From: an uncultured Candidatus Saccharibacteria bacterium | GTDB lineage: Bacteria > Patescibacteriota > Minisyncoccia > Phycocordibacterales > Phycocordibacteraceae | DNA: 64,000 nucleotides | Reading direction: 5' to 3' | Assembly: GCA_964446735.1 (NCBI GenBank) | Contig: CAYUQB010000001.1 | Coordinates: forward strand, 27,892-91,891 | In this document: positions 58,516 to 64,000 of the stretch, piece after piece | How the letters are laid out: every line of letters begins with the position of its first letter | How positions within the stretch are numbered: the first letter of the stretch is position 1 | Notes under the pieces: generated by a model | Database searches by the model: none | Seen by the model: the letters and a program-made list of their open reading frames with translations, nothing else | What the model was told of the DNA's origin: nothing | Made by a program: the position numbers and the translations under genes

Positions 58516-60378
58516 CTAGACATCGAGCAATTCCCCCAGTTTTACCCGGTCAATTTCCAGGAGGAATTGTGGAAGTCGTGGACCGGTCGTTTGGCCGAGT
58601 ACCAGCTGGTATACGGTCTGAAAAAAACATAGTTGCGACTCCGCATTACTCTCCTTACTTGCACCCGGTCGTTTAGGAATCGCATAGAGTGCGGTCTTAA
58701 AGTCCGCCTGCGATGGGGCTGGTTCTTGTAGCACCAGAGCCCGCAACGCACGAACATGCTCCAGATCCATCGGAGACATGCGCGCAATCAGTTCTGTATT
58801 CGGTCGTTCACGCACGCGGTAGAGATGCTCGTCGTCGATTCGAGCATACCGGTGTCCATTGGATGGAATGCCTTCAAGGTCGAGATAGGGCGTACCCTCA
58901 CGAATACGCTGATCTTCTTGTTTGTTTTCTGCTTTAAGGCGAAGTAGTTTCTCGACATTCTTCTCACGCAGTTCAGTGAATTGCTTCAACTGAGCAAGGT
59001 ACTGCTCCAGATCGGTTCGCTGCTGAAGTGGCTGCACGATCCATTCGTATATGTCGCGTTGTGGGAGCGTCGCCTTCGGGACGATGTGGTCGTTAATACT
59101 GATGCTTGAAGCCCCATATCCATTACCACCATATGGCTGCGTTCCTCGCTCCTGACCGCTGGCATGTAAATGGGTGTTGTGTAGGAAGGAACGTGCGTCA
59201 TGGAGAATCTTTCCATTTACCTCGCGGTCTATCAGGCTCGATACATACTCACTTGAGCCATACAGCGTGACGTACATGGCATTTTGGGCGTATCGAGGGT
59301 CTTCAAAATACGTCGCAAGGTCATTGTCGGAACCGTATTTCTGGACGAACACCACGGGTGCAAATATCTCGTTGTAATTCCCGCCTGAAGCAAGCGGTTT
59401 ATTGATTATGGTCGGTTCAAGAATGGCGTCATACGAACGAATAATGCCGGGGGTCGTGGGGTCGAGCCACTCTCGATGATCTATAAGGAAATCCTGAATA
59501 CGCACCAGATCCTTGGGATCGCTGATAGGGCCAACTCGGCATTTTCTATCACGGTAGTCCCCGACACGAACCGTCCGGAACGCATCTCGGAGCATGCGCA
59601 AGAATTCTGCAAATCGCTCCTGATGCACCAGAATGGCATTCGGTGCGGCGCAATCCTGTCCCTGGTTATACAACTGAAGCGCAAGCACCGCCTCAACCGC
59701 ATCCGCAAGGTTGGCGTCAGCACCCACGACGACAGGGTTGTGACCGGAGCCATTCGTAATGAATAGAGTGCGTCGGTCAAAAATAATTCGCAGCTGATCG
59801 GCGTGTAGTGAATTACCCGTAAAGATCACTACCTCGGTCACAGGCAGCGTCTCACGGGTGAGAGGATTCATGCGCAGCGCTGAGCGCTCACGAAGGAATT
59901 CGAGGCGTTGCTTATTAGAAACACACACATTAGGAAACCGATTCTGAATCTCCAATAGAGACAGCAACTTTGGAAAGAAATGCCGCATGCTGTGGGGTAT
60001 GCGGAAATGGACCTCACTTGCCATAAGTGCGGGTACCAGGACAAAGCAGGAAAGCGCATACAGCGGCTGGTTCCTGGGAAGGAACGCAGCAACCGGGCCG
60101 ACACGGAGCGTAAAGTATTCCCTGTTCTCCTCAAGATTACGTAGCAAATCTAACGTTCGACTGATCTCATCTACGACTACCTCGTAACTTTCATATTCCA
60201 GGAGCACGTGTGCGAGCTCTTCAAAATGCGTTTCTATATGGTCAGCTAACTCGTGTGCCCGACGCTGCATCTCATCAAATACAATTGGTGTGTACGCGAC
60301 ATGGGAATCACGAGATGATTTTCGAGATCGAGTCACCGCACGGGAAATAGCCGATAAGGCTTGTTTAGCAGCGCGCAT
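58516..60378 (-). CDS. Aldehyde dehydrogenase-fold protein fused to a class I LysRS-like anticodon-binding domain
   Basis: PRNQP, FTGN, NQGQDC, EIFAPV, PYGG; C-terminal FF..VYQLVLG..TGPRLP.FL. Confidence 0.8.
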   Translation of the reverse strand: MRAAKQALSAISRAVTRSRKSSRDSHVAYTPIVFDEMQRRAHELADHIETHFEELAHVLLEYESYEVVVDEISRTLDLLRNLEENREYFTLRVGPVAAFLPRNQPLYALSCFVLVPALMASEVHFRIPHSMRHFFPKLLSLLEIQNRFPNVCVSNKQRLEFLRERSALRMNPLTRETLPVTEVVIFTGNSLHADQLRIIFDRRTLFITNGSGHNPVVVGADANLADAVEAVLALQLYNQGQDCAAPNAILVHQERFAEFLRMLRDAFRTVRVGDYRDRKCRVGPISDPKDLVRIQDFLIDHREWLDPTTPGIIRSYDAILEPTIINKPLASGGNYNEIFAPVVFVQKYGSDNDLATYFEDPRYAQNAMYVTLYGSSEYVSSLIDREVNGKILHDARSFLHNTHLHASGQERGTQPYGGNGYGASSISINDHIVPKATLPQRDIYEWIVQPLQQRTDLEQYLAQLKQFTELREKNVEKLLRLKAENKQEDQRIREGTPYLDLEGIPSNGHRYARIDDEHLYRVRERPNTELIARMSPMDLEHVRALRALVLQEPAPSQADFKTALYAIPKRPGASKESNAESQLCFFQTVYQLVLGQTTGPRLPQFLLEIDRVKLGELLDV

Positions 60379-60496
60379 ATGAAGCGTTTAGATTCACGTT
60401 AGAACCTCGGTACCAGCGTGTCAATCAGCTATCCCCTAAATGGAAACCGCGCCTGCCTGAGCAGACGCGGTCCAATGAGCAGATACAGCCTGGAGT

Positions 60497-60880
60497 CTAG
60501 TGGGTCACCGACGGCGCCTTCTCGAATTGAAGGAGCGCGATACCCACCAGGACGAACAGGAGGCCGCCGTACTGGGCGAGCGAGAGCATCTTCCACTCTC
60601 GCAGAACGATGAGTCCGAAGATGACCGTGACGACGGTCAGCATCGAATCGACGTTCGCCGCGCCGAGCGCAAGGCCCGTCCGCGAGGCAGTCAGGCCGAA
60701 GGTGATGAACACCAGCGGCGAGATAACCAGCATCGGCCAGAGCCAGGGGTTCAGCCAGTTCGACTGTGCCTCTGTCCCCCACTTCGCCGCGAGCGCGTTC
60801 GCTGCGAGAGCGACGCCGACCGTGACGATGATGTAGATCCAGGACACGACCAGCGCCTGGGGGATGTCGAGCTTCAACAT
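60497..60880 (-). CDS. SMR/DMT-like 4-TM transporter
   Basis: Four TMs, G....RE..., G..G..LL ending; GGAGG SD; own promoter near 60938-60966. Confidence 0.65.
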   Translation of the reverse strand: MLKLDIPQALVVSWIYIIVTVGVALAANALAAKWGTEAQSNWLNPWLWPMLVISPLVFITFGLTASRTGLALGAANVDSMLTVVTVIFGLIVLREWKMLSLAQYGGLLFVLVGIALLQFEKAPSVTH

Positions 60881-60969
60881 GAAGAGCCTCCTTCCAGGCT
60901 GTGCAAATGAGCCGTAGCGCCAACCGCTACTCCTTTATTTATAACATAGATTATCTAAAAAAGCAAGCT

Positions 60970-61149
60970 CTAGGAAAGCGGTGCATCTCCTGAGGAATCG
61001 AGCATCCAAAGAGTTACTCCCACGATGAGGAGGGCGAAACCAATCCCCGACAGGACAATCAAGGGCACCCAAAGGCCAGCTACGGTGCGAATGACAATTC
61101 CTGTAGCAAACAGGAAACCTCCTACCAGAAGTATGAGATTGATCGGCAT
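60970..61149 (-). CDS. 59-aa two-TM protein (not in ORF track)
   Basis: MPINLILLVGGFLFATGIVIRTVAGLWVPLIVLSGIGFALLIVGVTLWMLDSSGDAPLS. Confidence 0.5.
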   Translation of the reverse strand: MPINLILLVGGFLFATGIVIRTVAGLWVPLIVLSGIGFALLIVGVTLWMLDSSGDAPLS

Positions 61150-61209
61150 ACCCTACCCTCTCAAAAGCATCCTGAAGCCCTAGTGAGTCCTGCATGCTAG
61201 GATATCGCT

Positions 61210-62775
61210 ATGTTTTGGGCCGATCGCATAGCAAAAGAAATCGAAGAAACACGAACACCGAAGGACGGTTCTACCTTCGTTATTCGTGATGAGAAAACGC
61301 TTTCGGGACGTGTTCACATCGGTTCAGCACGCGGACTAGCCATTCACGGACTTATCGGCGAAGTGCTCACCGAGCATGGTCTAGCCACCACATTCAAGTG
61401 GGAGCACAACGATTTCGATCCTTTCGACGCTATTCCGGGCTACCTGCCGCAGGAAAAGTTTATAGAGCACCTTGGAAAACCGCTCTACGCGGTCCCCTCT
61501 CCAGAGCCTGGCTATGAGAACTACGCAGAATACTTCGGCGAAGAGTTTCAGCGAGTGCATGAAAAGGCCGGCTTCTTCCCTACCTACTACCGCGCCACTG
61601 AGCTATACCGTTCCGGAAAGATGGATCCGTACATTAAAACCGCACTCGAACGAGCTGCAGATGTGCGCAGAATTCTCAAAGAAGTCTCGGGTTCTGTAAA
61701 AGATGAATCGTGGCTGCCTGTCTCCATAATTTGCGAGCAGTGCCGAAAGATGATGACCACTCGTTCACTCGACTATGACGGGACAACGGTTGGATATATA
61801 TGCGATAGGAGTCCGGATGGAACGGTACCGTGCGGCTACACAGGACGTATATCCCCATACGGCGGGACAACCAAGCTCTTCTGGAAAGCTGACTGGGCTG
61901 CTAAGTGGGGAGCGAACGGCGTCGACATCGAAGGAGGTGGAAAGGACCACTCTACTAAAGGTGGCTCACGAGATGTGGCGAACCATATTGCAAAGGAGAT
62001 ATTCACCATCACATCACCGTTCGATATTCCGTACGAGTTTTTCCTCGTGGGGGGTAAGAAAATGTCCTCCTCTAAAGGTAAGGGCTCTTCTGCACAGGAC
62101 ATGGCTGCTCTCTTTCCACCCGAAGTACTCCGCCTCGTGCTCATCGGAAAGGATATCAACCAGCAGATCGACATCGACCCTGAAGGCGACTCGGTGCCTC
62201 GTACCTATGACTGGTACGACGATCTCGCCGAGGGAGTGCGCAATGGGGTTGTTGATGATTTCAGTCGCCTGTATCAGCTCACCTGTTTGCCCAAGGACCG
62301 TGCGGAAGAGGCTGCTCCATGGCAGATGCGCTTCTCTCTCGTCTCCTTCATTAGTCAGATGCCGCACATTGATCTTCTCGATGAGGCGACAAAGACGAAA
62401 GGAAGTGAACTTACCGAGCTTGAAACTGAAAAACTGCGCGAACGCGAACGCTACGCAGCGTTCTGGCTCTCCACCTATGCTCCAGAGCAGTACAAGTATG
62501 AGCTCCAGCAGACGTTGCCTGCAGTCTCACTCACCCCCGAACAAAAAAGCGCCCTTGCCCTTCTTGTCACGTATCTCGAAGAGCCCCGCACGGGTGAGGA
62601 GCTTCATGCCCGCCTCCATGAACTTAAAACCGAAGTGCCCATTGCACCGAAGGATCTTTTCACTGCCCTCTATCGCGTCTTCCTTAATCGTGACTCAGGG
62701 CCAAAGGCAGGTTGGTTTTTGTCTGTCTTGCCACGGGAATATGTTGTTGCTCGCCTCACCGAAGCGTCTGTCTAG
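61210..62775 (+). CDS. lysS: Class I lysyl-tRNA synthetase
   Basis: FWAD, SG..HIGS, K..WK.DW...W, GKDH, KMSSSKG, LY...L....GPK.G.F. Confidence 0.94.
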   Translation: MFWADRIAKEIEETRTPKDGSTFVIRDEKTLSGRVHIGSARGLAIHGLIGEVLTEHGLATTFKWEHNDFDPFDAIPGYLPQEKFIEHLGKPLYAVPSPEPGYENYAEYFGEEFQRVHEKAGFFPTYYRATELYRSGKMDPYIKTALERAADVRRILKEVSGSVKDESWLPVSIICEQCRKMMTTRSLDYDGTTVGYICDRSPDGTVPCGYTGRISPYGGTTKLFWKADWAAKWGANGVDIEGGGKDHSTKGGSRDVANHIAKEIFTITSPFDIPYEFFLVGGKKMSSSKGKGSSAQDMAALFPPEVLRLVLIGKDINQQIDIDPEGDSVPRTYDWYDDLAEGVRNGVVDDFSRLYQLTCLPKDRAEEAAPWQMRFSLVSFISQMPHIDLLDEATKTKGSELTELETEKLRERERYAAFWLSTYAPEQYKYELQQTLPAVSLTPEQKSALALLVTYLEEPRTGEELHARLHELKTEVPIAPKDLFTALYRVFLNRDSGPKAGWFLSVLPREYVVARLTEASV

Positions 62776-63290
62776 TGCACCAAGAATAGAAGCCCTAGTA
62801 GTGGTGCTATAAACCACCAGAAGAAGAACTGATCAGGTGCAAAGATCGTGTTCATCGGCTCTGGAAATGTATAGATATTGTTTACATGAAAGACGTGGTA
62901 TGCGAGTGCCATAAGAAAGGCTGCTGCAAGGAATGAGAGTCCGAAGCGTGGAAATACAGACAGGATGCCAAAGCCACCAGACGCAAGCCGTTCAATAAAC
63001 ATAAAGGGAACGATACAACAGGCAGCGTAAATGATGACGCTGATCACTGCCTTCATGAGCGGATCACCACCGGTGGCGATAATGTCCTTGGTATAGGGAA
63101 AAACGAGGAATACCGCATATCCCACATAGAAGGCGACGATGAGAGAAATGATGCCGCCGCGCGAGCGATAGGAGAAGAGAATGAAGGCAACGGTAAGTCC
63201 AATGATGATCAGGAAGTTACTCACGACTCCCCATGAGTTTGTCGCTGCTGCGCTCGTAAAGTTACCGACCTGGATCGCAATATCCTCCAC
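62772..63290 (-). CDS. Multi-TM membrane protein
   Basis: About five TMs; TATACT 9 nt upstream of GTG. Confidence 0.65.
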   Translation of the reverse strand: MEDIAIQVGNFTSAAATNSWGVVSNFLIIIGLTVAFILFSYRSRGGIISLIVAFYVGYAVFLVFPYTKDIIATGGDPLMKAVISVIIYAACCIVPFMFIERLASGGFGILSVFPRFGLSFLAAAFLMALAYHVFHVNNIYTFPEPMNTIFAPDQFFFWWFIAPLLGLLFLVH

Positions 63291-63331
63291 AGTCCTCTCA
63301 GTATAGCGCCTGAGCTAGAGCGCTATACACC

Positions 63332-64000
63332 CTACTCCCCGTCGGGAGCTTCTTCCTTTTCCCCGCCCAGGAAGCCTCCTGCCTGGATGCTCCAGAGCTT
63401 TTTATATAGCCCATCTGCCCGGAGAAGCTCGTCATGGGTTCCCTGCGCGACGATTTGGCCACGCTCCATGACCACAATCCGATCCATCTTCATAATGGTT
63501 GAGAGGCGGTGGGCGATAACGATGACCGTCTTTCCCTCCATGAGCGTATCGAGTGCTTCTTGAATCAGGTGTTCGCTTTCCGAATCAAGTGACGACGTTG
63601 CCTCATCTAGCACGAGAATAGGTGCGTTCTTAAGAATGGCTCGAGCAATAGCCACCCGTTGACGCTCACCTCCTGAGAGGCGAACTCCGCGCTCACCTAC
63701 ATACGTCTCATAGCCAAGGGGGAACGTGGTTATAAATTCATGAGCGTGCGCGCGTCGTGCAGCTTCGATCACCTCAGCATCTGTCGCATCACGTCTGCCG
63801 TAGCGGATATTTTCCATGAGAGTGCGATGGAAGAGAATCGGCTCTTGCGGGACAAACGCAACAGCTTCACGCAAACTTTCTTGCGTAACCGTGCTGATGT
63901 CCTTCCCATCAATTTCTATGCTCCCGCTGTTGGGATCATAGAGGCGAAGCAAGAGCTTCGTTACCGTTGATTTACCGGCTCCAGAAGGTCCAACGAGCGC
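63332..64000 (-). CDS. ABC exporter ATP-binding domain (5' truncated by window)
   Basis: GPSGAGKST at the window edge, [24 protein letters not shown]. Confidence 0.9.
   Translation of the reverse strand, partial: ALVGPSGAGKSTVTKLLLRLYDPNSGSIEIDGKDISTVTQESLREAVAFVPQEPILFHRTLMENIRYGRRDATDAEVIEAARRAHAHEFITTFPLGYETYVGERGVRLSGGERQRVAIARAILKNAPILVLDEATSSLDSESEHLIQEALDTLMEGKTVIVIAHRLSTIMKMDRIVVMERGQIVAQGTHDELLRADGLYKKLWSIQAGGFLGGEKEEAPDGE

Noticed and set aside
60935-60966. Second dif-like TAA-N6-TTA motif
   Set aside because: Better explained as a TTGCTT-17-TATAAA promoter for the SMR-like gene; the arms are just AT-rich.
60900-61209. T-box or lysine riboswitch upstream of lysS
   Set aside because: No T-box or riboswitch consensus; lysS looks leaderless and the gap holds an antisense small ORF.
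61775-62812. Long alternative-frame ORFs (345 aa over lysS; also 18779-19624, 53272-54024, 43035-43778)
   Set aside because: Shadow ORFs overlapping well-supported genes, with no recognisable motifs.

Overview
Chromosomal segment of a small-genome bacterium, most likely Patescibacteria/CPR (Parcubacteria-like). This is inferred from the gene set: split dcw cluster, class I LysRS, short non-discriminating AspRS, CPR-type TrmB, Ada-like and CAP proteins. The backbone carries division/cell-wall genes, six aminoacyl-tRNA synthetases, dnaB/recR, scpAB, ribosomal proteins and two tRNAs, interspersed with many single orphan genes that have their own promoter, SD and terminator. Main highlights: (1) an aldehyde-dehydrogenase-fold protein lacking the hydrolytic Glu and fused to a class I LysRS anticodon-binding domain, next to the real lysS and inside an accessory block of variant nucleotide enzymes (RibA-like Y105Q, Cmk with altered base pocket), TrmB plus a PLP enzyme, a histidine kinase and an SMR-like transporter; (2) a serine-recombinase island 3' of tRNA-Tyr carrying an MBL-hydrolase plus 4TM pair, a candidate defence system; (3) a symmetric dif-like 11-6-11 site at 23.25 kb where purine skew and KOPS-like motifs flip; (4) widespread leaderless gene architecture. 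All homology calls are from motif recognition by eye; no searches were run.
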